NCBI GenBank assembly: GCA_963803975.1
Contig: CAWDOY010000042.1
Coordinates: forward strand, 27,365-91,364
Direction of reading: 5' to 3'
DNA length: 64,000 nucleotides
DNA from: an uncultured delta proteobacterium
GTDB taxonomy: Bacteria > Desulfobacterota > WTBG01 > CAIYCZ01
Shown here one piece after another: positions 1-10,627 of this stretch. The position numbers and the translations under genes are program-made. Below the pieces are notes generated by a model, which was given only the letters and a program-made list of their open reading frames with translations, was not told where the DNA came from and searched no databases. Position 1 is the first letter of the stretch; every line of letters starts with the position of its first letter.

Positions 1-1050
1 GCACCCAGAAGTGGGAAGTGAAGGAAGGCCCGTTCAAGGGAGAGAAGACTGATAAGCTTGAGTTCGGCCACTATACCAACATGGGCCCCCTGCTTGGCCT
101 CTTTGATTTTCCGGCACTAATGCATATTTCAGATCTGGTCAACCGCATGGGAATGGACTGCGTCCAGTTCGGCTGGAACCTTGCCATGGCCATGGAATGC
201 TATCAGCGGGGCATTATCGGGACCGAGGATACCGGCGGCATCCACTTAGAGTGGGGGGATGAGCGGGTGATTTCTGACATGATTATGAAAATTACCCGGC
301 GCGAAGGATTCGGTAATATCCTTGCCGAGAGCATGCCGGATGCAGTTGCGCGCATTGGCGGCAATGCCCAGGAATACGGCTTTCACACCAAGGGCCAGTC
401 TTTCACCTACAACTGCACCCAGGCCATTGCCATGAGCCTTGCCTCATCTGTCGCCACCCGCGGCGCAGACCATTTGAAAGGCCACCCGTTCCCTGCCATG
501 ATCGGCCTGCAGGACATGATGGAAAGAATCTTCGGCAAAGACCTTCCCGAGGGAATCCTCGAGCACGCCAACCCCGCGGCAAAGGGCCGGGTGGTGTGGT
601 GGAGCGAGAACTACAAGATGCTCATGGACTGCTCTCGGCATCTGCTTTGTGCCCATGGTAGGCTGCGATGTGTTTGCCGACCCGCTCATTCTTGTTGAGG
701 AAATGGGGGAAATCTACCAGGCGGCAACGGGCCGGGATCCGGATAAACTCTATGAAGCAGCCGAGCGGGCATACCAGGTTGAGAAAAGCTTTAACGCGCT
801 GCTGGGCATCACGCGCAAGGATGACCTGCGGCAGGGCACCCGGCGCGGGGAGAATGATCCGATCCACCATCCGGGCATGCTGGAGGAATACTATCATTAT
901 CGCGGCTGCTCAACTGACGGCCTGCCCACCAGAAAGAGACTTGCGGAGATCGGGCTCTCTGATGTGGCGGAAGATCTTGCTAAGAAGGGAAAACTTGGCG
1001 AGCGCGAGTGCCCGGCAATTACAGAGCTGCTGGGGAAACCGGCAGCGTAA
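1..1050 (+). CDS. Aldehyde:ferredoxin oxidoreductase family protein, C-terminal part (5' end outside window; 1-nt frameshift near 632)
   Basis: ORFs 18..698 and 649..1050 join. AOR motifs: GMDCVQFG, AMECYQRG, RREGFGNILAE, ATRGADHL, DCLGIC (after correcting the frame), MLEEYYHYRG..DGLPT...L.EIGL. Confidence 0.85.
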
Positions 1051-1074
1051 GGGTCGCCGACATAAGATGTGTAA

Positions 1075-1362
1075 GTCGCCAGCATTATTGCAGAGTATCA
1101 AAACAAGGGAACGATTGAATCTGCCATCAGTCAGGCGCTGGGCACCACGGGCAAAGCCATCGTTTTTATCGCCACGACCCTGATGTGCGGCATTGTGTTC
1201 TGGTTTATGTCCAAGATGATATTCCAGACACTGATGGGACTGCTGCTGGCAATCATCCTGCGGTTTAACATGCCCCGGGCACTGCTGATCATCGCCAGTT
1301 TCATAGAGGTGTTTAAACCCCAATTTGTTGTCAGAAAAGGCTTGGCCGGTATAACGGTGTAA
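1075..1362 (+). pseudogene. C-terminal fragment of an MMPL/RND transporter
   Basis: Startless frame reads VASIIAEYQNKGTIESAISQALGTTGKAIVFIATTLMCGIVFWFMSKMIFQTLMGLLLAII...FKPQF*. It aligns by eye with the C-terminus of the MMPL protein at 8160..10535 (ALTTNGKSIIQIATT...KFQAEMGILLAILL...LKPKF). Confidence 0.75.
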
Positions 1363-1489
1363 ATCACTCAAGGGGAATCCGGGAACAGCCATAATCGTTT
1401 TTATTCTTTGGTCTTTCACCTTTTTGAGGTGTCACTGGTTTACCAACATCTCTTCCAGTCGCGACATAAACTTAATCCGGGATAAAAGC

Positions 1490-4400
1490 ATGAATGAGTT
1501 CAATGTGGTTAAAGAAACATTTGACATAATTTACGGCTCGTTGCCAATGCCCATCTTTCTGTTTGACGAAAAAGCCAGGCTGATAAAGGCAAACCAGGCA
1601 TTCCTTGATCTCTCCAAGGCAAACGCAGCTGACCTTCAGAGCTTTTTCGTAGCTTCTTTTTTTAAGGTGCTCAAAACATACCGGTTCCCTGTCCCAGACC
1701 GTTATGTCACCGAGCTTACCAGTTTAAGCGGCGAGGTTATTCCAGTAGAACTTAATTATACCAAATTTTCCGGGGCTGACGATTATGCCAAGGGCTGCAT
1801 TGTTTTTTTAACTGATTTGCGGGAAACACATAAACTAAAGGAGCATATAAATCAATTAGCTATTGAAAAGGATGTCCTTAAAATTCAACTGGAGGGGGAA
1901 GATCCGGATCAGGCCTTACTGGAGAGGAAAAAACTGGAGCAGCAGCTAAAAGATGAAAAAGCATTTCTTGAAAACATCCTGGAATCCTGTGGCGATGGAA
2001 TAATTATTTTTGATGGAAAGGGAACAATAACTCGCGTAAACGAGGCATTTACCCGGATTGTAGGAAAAGATAAAAAGAAAATAACAGGAATTTTTTCTTC
2101 CCTGGGTCCTGCCGAAGGAACATTTAAATCAACCACCGGTGAGATGATTACGCTGGACCAGTCTTACCGTGAGTATACCTACCGCCAGGTGGAAAAATTT
2201 GTTAAGCTCAAAGATGGTGAAAAAATTGAGAACTGGGAGCTCTATGCTTTTAACAAGAATGGCGAAGTTGTTCCTTTGGATGCAACAGCAACGGTGCAAC
2301 GAAATGCCTCAGGGCTTATGACGGGCTCGGTTTGTGTCCTGCGGGACATCACTGAAAGAAAAAAGGCGGAGTCAGCAATTCGCGAGGCATATCAATTTCG
2401 CAGCCAATTTTTCACTAATATCACCCATGAATTTCGAACGCCGCTCACCCTGGTTATCGGTCCCGCAGAGGAAATTCTGCGGGGTACGTTCGGGAAAATC
2501 AATAAATCTATTTCAGGTCAGCTCACCGTTGCCCTGATGAATGCCAGACGGCTGTTAAAATTGATCAATCAGCTGCTTGATTTCAGCATGCTGGAGTCGG
2601 GAGCCAAGAATATAATGTTTGAAAAAAAGGATCTGAAAAAATTTACTGCGGCGATACTTGACTCTTTTGCCCTTATTGCAAAAAAGAAGCATATTAAACT
2701 CACTTTTAATGCTGAGCGTGATCTTCCTGATGTTCCTATCGACCCGGGCAAAATGGAAAAAATCCTTTTTAATCTCATTGGAAATGCTTTCAAATTTACG
2801 CCTGAAAAGGGCTCCATCACCGTTACCATTACGAAGCAGGTTGGATTCAGGGCTGGGACAGACTGGAATGAAAAAGTTGCGAATGACTCCTGCATAAAAA
2901 CTGCAGTTCCGGAGGGCAATTGTGCAAAGATATCAATTCATGATACCGGCATCGGCATTAAAGAAGAAGATCTGCCAAAGATATTTGATCGCTTCAATCA
3001 GGGCAGTATCTCTTACAATAATAAACAGGGGGGAGCGGGTATAGGGCTTGCCTATGCCAAGGAGCTGGCTGAATTTATGGGAGGGCACATCACCGTTAGC
3101 AGTCAGTATGGCAAGGGGTCTGCTTTTTCAATATATCTGCCCGTGGATGGCCCTCAGGTTAATAAAAAAGCTGATGCCGGGACATCTGACGAGGAATTGT
3201 CATTGCAGGCCGCGGTAGAGCTTTCAGATGTTTATCAGGAAGAAGATATCATCCCGGAGAGTATCAGCGGTACCAAGCCTCTTATTCTTATCGTTGATGA
3301 TAATCCTGATATTCGCCAGTATGTTTCAGGGATTATAACAAGGGATTATGATTTCATACCAGCACGCAACGGCAACGAAGCTTTGCAGAGACTGGAGACA
3401 CATGTACCGGATGTAATCCTGTGCGATGTGTTGATGCCTGAGATGGATGGACATGAGTTATTGAAGCGCGTTAAAGCAAAGCCCGGCCTGCAGGAAATAC
3501 CCTTTATATTTTTGACTGCCCGGGCAGACACTGAAATGAAGATCGAGGGTCTGGAAAAAGGTGCTGATGATTACATTGTGAAACCCTTTAACTCTCTTGA
3601 GCTCCTTGCAAGGATCAAGTCGCTTTTAAGAATCAGGGATCTGCTGCGTACAGCCAAGGCACAGGAGAAACGAATAGATACCCTCACCCAGAAACTCCAG
3701 GGGAAATATCACTATGGCAGTATCATGGGCAACAGCCCATCCATGCGAAAAATTTATCAGCTTATCGAGGCAATAAAAGACAGTGATTCAAATGTGCTCA
3801 TTAGTGGGGAGACCGGCACTGGCAAGGAACTGGTTGCCAATGCTATCCATTATAACAGCCCGCGGAAAAATGGTCCCATGGTATCTGTCAACTGCGGGGC
3901 AATTCCCAAAGAATTGATGGAACGCGAATTTTTCGGTCATGTAAAAGGAGCCTATACCGGTGCTGTTGATTCACGTAAAGGATATTTTGCTGAGGCTGAT
4001 AAGGGAACTCTGTTGCTCGATGAGATTGGAGAAATGGACAAAGACATGCAGGTAAAGCTGCTGCGGGTGCTGGAACGAGGAGAAATGATGCAGGTAGGTG
4101 CTGCCGTGCCGACCAGGGTTGATGTCCGTCTTGTCGCAGCCACAAACAAGAATTTACTTGCCGAAGTGCAAAAGGGAAATTTCAGAGAAGACCTGTATTA
4201 CCGGATTCATGTAATACCCATTCATCTTCCTCCGCTCAGGCACCGCACAGAAGATATACCGCTGCTGATAGACCTGTTTCTGAAAAATTTCCAGAAAAAA
4301 TTTAAAAAAGCCTTTCCCTCCTTTACAGAAAAAGAAATAAGCCTGTTTATGGACTATTCCTATCCTGGCAATGTGCGTGAACTGGAAAACATTGTGGAAC

Positions 4401-4678
4401 GATTTTGTCTGCTGGGAGATGATGTTGCCAATCTGTTTAATGAGAAGCCAGCTAATGCAGATTTGCTTCCCGCAGAGGTTACCTGTGACGAACAGCTTTC
4501 AAGTTCAAACCCCTTAAAAAAAGCTGCTCAAAGTGCAAAAGAGCATGCTGAAAAAAATATTATTTTGTATGCATTAAAAATTTGTCGCAATAATTATCCG
4601 CAAACAGCACAGAAGCTAAAGATCAGCCGTGCCTATCTTTATGAGAAAGTAAAAAAGTATGGAATAACAAAACCATAA
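1490..4678 (+). CDS. Fused PAS-PAS / histidine kinase / receiver / sigma54 AAA+ activator / Fis-HTH protein
   Basis: H-box NITHEFRTPL, N-box NLIGNAFKFT, G boxes DTGIGI and GAGIGL, receiver IVDD..CDVLMP..KPF, AAA+ GETGTGKE, FGHVKGAYTGA, LLDEIGEM, FREDLYYR, YPGNVRELEN, C-terminal HTH. ATG at 1490 preferred over the ORF-track start at 1424. Confidence 0.9.
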   Translation: MNEFNVVKETFDIIYGSLPMPIFLFDEKARLIKANQAFLDLSKANAADLQSFFVASFFKVLKTYRFPVPDRYVTELTSLSGEVIPVELNYTKFSGADDYAKGCIVFLTDLRETHKLKEHINQLAIEKDVLKIQLEGEDPDQALLERKKLEQQLKDEKAFLENILESCGDGIIIFDGKGTITRVNEAFTRIVGKDKKKITGIFSSLGPAEGTFKSTTGEMITLDQSYREYTYRQVEKFVKLKDGEKIENWELYAFNKNGEVVPLDATATVQRNASGLMTGSVCVLRDITERKKAESAIREAYQFRSQFFTNITHEFRTPLTLVIGPAEEILRGTFGKINKSISGQLTVALMNARRLLKLINQLLDFSMLESGAKNIMFEKKDLKKFTAAILDSFALIAKKKHIKLTFNAERDLPDVPIDPGKMEKILFNLIGNAFKFTPEKGSITVTITKQVGFRAGTDWNEKVANDSCIKTAVPEGNCAKISIHDTGIGIKEEDLPKIFDRFNQGSISYNNKQGGAGIGLAYAKELAEFMGGHITVSSQYGKGSAFSIYLPVDGPQVNKKADAGTSDEELSLQAAVELSDVYQEEDIIPESISGTKPLILIVDDNPDIRQYVSGIITRDYDFIPARNGNEALQRLETHVPDVILCDVLMPEMDGHELLKRVKAKPGLQEIPFIFLTARADTEMKIEGLEKGADDYIVKPFNSLELLARIKSLLRIRDLLRTAKAQEKRIDTLTQKLQGKYHYGSIMGNSPSMRKIYQLIEAIKDSDSNVLISGETGTGKELVANAIHYNSPRKNGPMVSVNCGAIPKELMEREFFGHVKGAYTGAVDSRKGYFAEADKGTLLLDEIGEMDKDMQVKLLRVLERGEMMQVGAAVPTRVDVRLVAATNKNLLAEVQKGNFREDLYYRIHVIPIHLPPLRHRTEDIPLLIDLFLKNFQKKFKKAFPSFTEKEISLFMDYSYPGNVRELENIVERFCLLGDDVANLFNEKPANADLLPAEVTCDEQLSSSNPLKKAAQSAKEHAEKNIILYALKICRNNYPQTAQKLKISRAYLYEKVKKYGITKP

Positions 4679-4875
4679 TCTCAATGTAAACAATTTATGG
4701 ACAATGTCAATTTTTTCACGAAACTTAGAAACAACTGTTAAGTCAAGTGGTTGTAAACATCTGCAGCTTTTTCTGTCCTCAATATATGGAATTTTTTTGA
4801 ACTGCCCCATTGATAAGAACCTCGCCATTAAATCTAACCTGCTGTAATCCAATCCCATTTTAAATAAATAGGCTT

Positions 4876-4892
4876 TTGGCATATTTTTTGGT
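4876..4892 (+). promoter_or_regulatory. Putative sigma54 (-24/-12) promoter of the OYE gene
   Basis: TTGGCATATTTTTTGGT: GG at -24 with correct spacing; -12 reads GG instead of GC. It lies directly downstream of a sigma54 activator gene and ~75 bp before ATG 4966. Confidence 0.5.
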
Positions 4893-4965
4893 TAATACGA
4901 CCGCATAACTTTATATCATAATTTGGGAACTTTATATAATATACAGAAGGGAGCAATCAAAAAGC

Positions 4966-6919
4966 ATGAAACTGTTGGACACTGGTTTTATTGGTAACAT
5001 TGAGATTAAAAATCGTATCGTTATGGCGGCCATGGGCGGCCATGGGATGCATGAGCCTGACGGAGACTGGGGTGAACGCTATCTGGCTTATTTTGAGGCC
5101 AGAGCCCGCGGCGGTGTTGGCCTTATTACGACCGAGGCGACCTTCGTTTCCCAGGCATTGGAGCCTTTTGCAAAAAGTTTGTTTAACGTGGCCTCTGACA
5201 AACATCTGGCTTCGATGCGCCGCCTTGCAGATATACTTCATTCCTATAATTGCAGGCTGAGCATTCAGCTGACTGCCGGGTTCGGCCGCGTTGTCCCGTT
5301 CCCCACAGTACCCGAAGGCGTTAAGCCGGTTTCGGCATCAGAAAACAGTTATTTTTATTTTCCTGACGACCCTGCATGGACAACCAGGGAGATAACGACT
5401 GAAGAAGCAGAGGCTCTTGCCCGGGCTTTCGGCTACGCTGCGATGCGCTGCCGCGAGGCAGGAGCGGACTGTGTTGAGCTGCACGGCCACGAGGGCTATC
5501 TTCTGGATCAGTTCATGACCGGCCTCTGGAACAGCCGCAATGACCGCTACGGCGGTTCCCGGGAGAAGCGGCTCACCTTTGCCCGTGAATCAATCGAGGC
5601 AATCCAGCGCGAAGCCGGCACTGATTTCCCGATTATCTACCGCTATGGCATTACCCACTATCTTGAGGGCGGACGGGAAGAAGAGGAAGGGCTGTGGATA
5701 GCCGGAGAGCTTGAGAAAATGGGAGTCAGCGCACTGCACGTTGACGCCGGCTGCTACGAGACGCACTGGTGGCCCCATCCGCCCCAGTATGCACCGCCGG
5801 GCTGCCTGGTGGATCTGGCAGGGAAAGTCAAAAAGGTCAGCAGCCTGCCGGTTATTACCGTAGGTCGTCTGCACTACCCTGATGTGGCTGAAAAAGCACT
5901 GGCCGAGGGCAAGGCCGACTTTGTCGCCATCGGCAGGGGCCTGCTCTCTGAGCCGGAATGGGTGAACAAGGTTCAGAGCAACAGGATCGCTGAGATCATT
6001 CCCTGCTTAGGCTGTCATGAAGGCTGCAAGTGGCAGATGATAGTCGGGGAACCGACCAGCTGCTCGCTGAACCCCACCACCGGGCATGAAACCGATCGGC
6101 AACTTATTCCGCTGAAGCAGAAACGCACTCTCCTGGTGGTCGGCGGCGGACCGGGTGGCATTGAAGCAGCCCGGGTTGGAGCAGAGCGCGGTTTTGACGT
6201 TACCCTGTGGGAGGCCTCTGACCGGCTGGGTGGAAATCTCTGGCCCGCTGCAAAGCCTGATTTCAAGCATGACCTTGCAGACTACATAAAATATCTCAAT
6301 GGACTTGTACGGCGCTTGCCCGTCAATGTTGTGCTTAATAAAAAGGCCACAGCCGGGGATATCCAAAACTTTGGCGCAGACTATGTTATCCTTGCTACCG
6401 GAGCAAACATGGAGCCGCCCCCTTTTAACAGCTGGACAACAGATAGATTGCTGACAGTGATCCAGGTGCTGAGCGGCATGGAGCCGCAAGGAGAAAGAAT
6501 ACTGGTCATGGGCGGCGGTATTCTCGGATGTGAAACCGCGGTTTATCTGGCGCGCCGGGGCAAGCTGGTTACCATCAGTACCAGGGGGGATGCCGACGCA
6601 CTGGCTGCAGACCACTTTGACCACAATAACCGTGAAATGCTTCTGCTGATGATACAGGCTGCCACTATCAATGTGCTGCCAGGCACGGTGCCGGTAAGGC
6701 TTGAAAAAGACGGTGTTGTGGCCAGGCAACAAGGTGTAGAGACGAAGATTGCAGCTGACAGTCTTGTTTTTGCAGGTCGATTCATGCCGGAAAACAGTCT
6801 TAGCAAGGCCTTTGGCGACTAGAGGGAATATTTTCAGCATTGGTGACTGTGTGGAACCCGGCCGGATTATGGATGCTGTGTGGGGGGCTTTTAAGGTCGT
6901 ACGAGCAATTGAACAATAG
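4966..6919 (+). CDS. NADH:flavin oxidoreductase, Old Yellow Enzyme family with Fe-S and FAD domains (enoate reductase/BaiCD-like); frameshift near 6811
   Basis: IKNRIVMAAM, RARGGVGLI, ELHGHEGYLLDQF, NSRNDRYGGS, CLGCHEGC..CSLNP, VVGGGPGG. Removing one T of the TTT run gives ...ALATRGNIFSIGDCVEPGRIMDAVWGAFKVVRAIEQ* ending at 6919. Confidence 0.88.
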
Positions 6920-7206
6920 CTCATATCTTTGTCTTTTTCTTAACTGCAGATAAACACGGTTGAAAAAAAGATGCAGGATACTATGGACAGATATACACGG
7001 GACGAATGCTAACCCTGTTTTTATCAAGCTGAGTATCAGACACGAAAGGGAATTCGCACTACCGAATGAATTTACGGAAGTGCGTATCTCAGACAACAAT
7101 TGAAGCGTTATGTAAAACTGCTTGCGGGTTATGCAGTTTTCACAAACCTATTACCTCAGGATAATGAGAGCCTTCAATCGACCCATATGAACGACGAGAG
7201 AACATA

Positions 7207-7911
7207 ATGAATAATAATCCCCCGAACAACAGCAAAAAAACAGTAGTTGTCGCAGGCGCGACAGGAAGGGCCGGCAGATGTATTATAAAAGAATTGTTGC
7301 GCAGCGGTTATCGCGTACGGGCACTGCTGGTACCTCCCTTTGATTCGCCCGATCCGTCAGGGCTCATCCAGCCAGAGATAGAGCTGGTACAAGGAGACCT
7401 TGGCTCAGCAGCATCTCTTGAACTGATTATGGAGGGTGCTGACTATGTGATAAGTGCCATCGGATCAAAAAAACCGTTTAGCAAAAAGGAAAACAACCGG
7501 ATCGACAACCTGGGCAATCAGAACCTTGCAAGAGCTGCACAGTCAAAGGGATTGCAGCACCTGGTGGTTATCTCTTCGACGGGCGTTGGTGATAGCAGGG
7601 AGGCTGTTCCATGGCTGTACCGCATAGCAATGGGACCGGTACTGAAGATGAAGGAAAAATCCGAGAATTTCATCAGGTCCTGCGGCATTGCCTATACGAT
7701 TATCCGACCCGGGGGATATACGGAAAAAGCATTACCGGATGATATTGTTTTCGGGGAAGGCGGTAAAATTTCCGGTCTGGTAAAAAGAGAGCAAATTGCC
7801 CGCGTATGTGTCGCTGCGTTAAGCAACCCGGCAATGAGAAACAGGACCTTTGAAGTTGTCAATGCCGCAACCTTGAAAGAAGAGCGACGTAAATTTGTCA
7901 TAACAGTTTGA
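7207..7911 (+). CDS. Atypical SDR / NAD(P)H-binding oxidoreductase (NAD_binding_10-like)
   Basis: VVVAGATGRAG Rossmann motif, GADYVISAIG, YTIIRPGG. Confidence 0.85.
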   Translation: MNNNPPNNSKKTVVVAGATGRAGRCIIKELLRSGYRVRALLVPPFDSPDPSGLIQPEIELVQGDLGSAASLELIMEGADYVISAIGSKKPFSKKENNRIDNLGNQNLARAAQSKGLQHLVVISSTGVGDSREAVPWLYRIAMGPVLKMKEKSENFIRSCGIAYTIIRPGGYTEKALPDDIVFGEGGKISGLVKREQIARVCVAALSNPAMRNRTFEVVNAATLKEERRKFVITV

Positions 7912-8159
7912 CCGGTGCTTTTTCATTACTGTCTGCTTCAGGCTGTCAACCGGAAGCAGCAGGGAACTCATAAGGAAACGGTTGCTGCGCAGGGTATAAG
8001 CCCCTGCGGGATTTTCGGTTCGTCATTGATACATGCAGCAGCACCTATCGTGTGCTGCTGGTCAGCATTGATTAAAATGCGCTGCTGCTACAAGGAAGGG
8101 TCCGGGCATGCATGCTTTTCTCTCTATGTCCGGATACCTGATTTTTACAAAAAGGATCT

Positions 8160-10535
8160 GTGACGGTGAAAAAGTTTGCTGAATTCATTATTCGTAGGCG
8201 CATCCTGATTTTAGTCATCATCAGTATTGTCACCGGTTTTTTCATGTATGAGCTTACCAGTCTCTCGGTAAAGACAAAAATTGCTGACCTGCTGCCACAG
8301 AAACACCCCTACATAAAAGTCCATAATAAAATCAGGCATATTTTTGGCGGGTCCAATCAGGTACTCATTATGGTCCAGGTCCGCACGGGTGATATTTTCA
8401 ATCAAAAGACCCTCACCAAGATCCAATGGATTACCCGCGAGCTTGAAAATATACCCGGAGTTGATCCATACAAAATCAGGTCCATTGCCGTATCAAAGAT
8501 GAAGACCTTTAAATACACCTCGGGAACCATGCAGATTGATCCGCTCATGTATCCCGACATTCCGCGCAATGAACAAGAGATGAATACGCTCCGCGATAAT
8601 ATATACAGCAATCCGCAGTATTACGGGCAAAACGTATCCTATGACAGTAAAAAGAGCCTTATCACGGTAGATTTTCTGGAAGAGGACATCGACTACCGTA
8701 CGGTGTTCAATGAACTCAGCCGTATCAGGCAGCATACCGAGGATGAAAACCATATCGTCAGCATTGCCGGCGAGCCAATGCATCTGGGCTATATTGACCA
8801 GCTCACGGGCCAGGTTCTGATAGTGCTCGGCGGAACGGTTTTCAGCATGATCATAATGCTCTTTATATACTACAAAAGTATTCGGGCAGTGGTTATCCCG
8901 GTATTGTCTGCTGCAATAAGCGCTGTCTGGGGGTTGGGCTTTATGGCCCTTGCCGGGTTTAACCTCGATCCGCTTATACTGGTTTTGCCATTTCTCATTG
9001 CCCTTATGACCGCGCGCCATTCCATGCAGTGCTTAAGCCGTTATCTGGAAGAGTATGCGACCGCTAAAAATATCCAAACAGCAGCAGTAGCGACGATTGA
9101 AAGCATGTTCCTTCCCGGCGTTACCAGCATTATTACCGATGCGCTGGGCATTGCCCTGGTTGCTATTGCGGTAATACCGGTACTGACAAACATTGCCGTT
9201 GCATGCAGTTTCTGGTGCATCGCAACAGTTTTTCTCTCTGTGATTTTTACCCCTCTTTTACTTTCATTCATTCCAGAGACAAAACGAATGAGAAAGTATA
9301 TGCAGCGGTCACTGGATCAGGAAAGGCAGGATTATCGCGACAGATTTCTCAGCATGGTCGGACGCTGGATACCCCGGCGGGGGAAATGGTATGTTACTGC
9401 AGTTACTCTTGTTATGGTTATCGTGGGACTTAATTATGCCCAGCAGATAAACGTTGGAGATTTTATGCCCGGCTCTTCAATCTTATGGCCCTTTCATAGA
9501 TACAACAAGGATGCATTCAGGATTACTTTCAGCATGCCGTTGCTCAATCCGCTTTACATTATTCTTGAGGGCGAGGGGGGAAAATTTGATGACGAAAAAG
9601 GAGGCGGCTTTGTTACCCAGGCTGCAACGCTCAGAGAGATGAACAGGTTTACCCGGTATATGATGCAGCATGAACGGGTGATGTTTGCCATGTCAATTGT
9701 TAGTACTGTACCCAGATTTTTAATGTCAACCTATGAGGATGATCCCCAGTGCTTTCACCTGCCCCGGGAAGACGAAGCCCTGCATTTCATTACCCGCCGA
9801 CTTCTCCACTCAGGTGAACCCGGCACCTGGGATAAGTATGTGGACACGGAAGAAACCTATGCAAATATAGTAATTTACTGCCGCGATAAAATGCCCAAAA
9901 CCATTGAAGGCGTATTTCAGCACATACAGGCGTATTTAGCCAAAAATCCCGGCCCGCCGGGGGGGAAGTATCGGTTAGCAGGTGGCGCTGTCGGGGTTCA
10001 GGCAGCAGTTCGCGAGGTCATCGCAGATGCTCAGATATGGAATCTCATCCTTGCGCTGGGAGGGGTGTGGCTGTTCTGTGCGCTTGAGTTCAAGTCAATC
10101 ACTGCCGGGCTTATACTTACCATACCGCTTGCCATTTCCAATGTCCTAACGTTTGCCCTCATGGGTGCCTACCAGATCGGGCTCACGGTTAATACCTTTC
10201 CGGTGGCTTCCGTGGGCATCGGGCTGGGGGTGGATTACGGCATCTATTTTGTCGGCCGGCTGGTGGAAGAGAAAGAGAAAGGAGTAACGCTTACCGCAGC
10301 AATATACAAAGCACTCACCACCAACGGCAAATCTATTATTCAGATAGCAACAACTATTACGCTCGGGCTTGTTTTGTGGGCATTTTCACCCCTGAAATTC
10401 CAGGCTGAGATGGGCATCCTGCTGGCTATTCTCTTGTTTTTGAATATGCTTGGTGCTCTTTTTCTTGTGCCGGCGTTGATCTGCATCCTTAAGCCAAAAT
10501 TTATAACTAATGTTCATCCAGCCACGCAAGAATAG
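8160..10535 (+). CDS. MMPL/RND family transporter
   Basis: 791 aa with two periplasmic loop + multi-TM repeats; GIGLGVDYGIY motif. Confidence 0.9.
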   Translation: MTVKKFAEFIIRRRILILVIISIVTGFFMYELTSLSVKTKIADLLPQKHPYIKVHNKIRHIFGGSNQVLIMVQVRTGDIFNQKTLTKIQWITRELENIPGVDPYKIRSIAVSKMKTFKYTSGTMQIDPLMYPDIPRNEQEMNTLRDNIYSNPQYYGQNVSYDSKKSLITVDFLEEDIDYRTVFNELSRIRQHTEDENHIVSIAGEPMHLGYIDQLTGQVLIVLGGTVFSMIIMLFIYYKSIRAVVIPVLSAAISAVWGLGFMALAGFNLDPLILVLPFLIALMTARHSMQCLSRYLEEYATAKNIQTAAVATIESMFLPGVTSIITDALGIALVAIAVIPVLTNIAVACSFWCIATVFLSVIFTPLLLSFIPETKRMRKYMQRSLDQERQDYRDRFLSMVGRWIPRRGKWYVTAVTLVMVIVGLNYAQQINVGDFMPGSSILWPFHRYNKDAFRITFSMPLLNPLYIILEGEGGKFDDEKGGGFVTQAATLREMNRFTRYMMQHERVMFAMSIVSTVPRFLMSTYEDDPQCFHLPREDEALHFITRRLLHSGEPGTWDKYVDTEETYANIVIYCRDKMPKTIEGVFQHIQAYLAKNPGPPGGKYRLAGGAVGVQAAVREVIADAQIWNLILALGGVWLFCALEFKSITAGLILTIPLAISNVLTFALMGAYQIGLTVNTFPVASVGIGLGVDYGIYFVGRLVEEKEKGVTLTAAIYKALTTNGKSIIQIATTITLGLVLWAFSPLKFQAEMGILLAILLFLNMLGALFLVPALICILKPKFITNVHPATQE

Positions 10536-10627
10536 GAAAAGCAAAGCAGCATGAATAATAGATATCGCTGAACATTAGGAGATTTATTGGAATGTGCAGC
10601 AAACACAAAACGAAAGGAGGGGTTCCC

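Noticed and set aside
6808..6830. TAG at 6820 as pyrrolysine or readthrough
   Set aside because: The conserved C-terminus continues in another frame; one extra T in a T-run explains it.
4966..6919. Naming the OYE as bilirubin reductase BilR
   Set aside because: The active-site region reads HGHEGY (enoate reductase/BaiCD-like), not the HGDR motif I associate with BilR; only the fold is shared.
7915..8163. 82-aa ORF or riboswitch before the MMPL gene
   Set aside because: No recognisable protein motif, RBS or riboswitch consensus.
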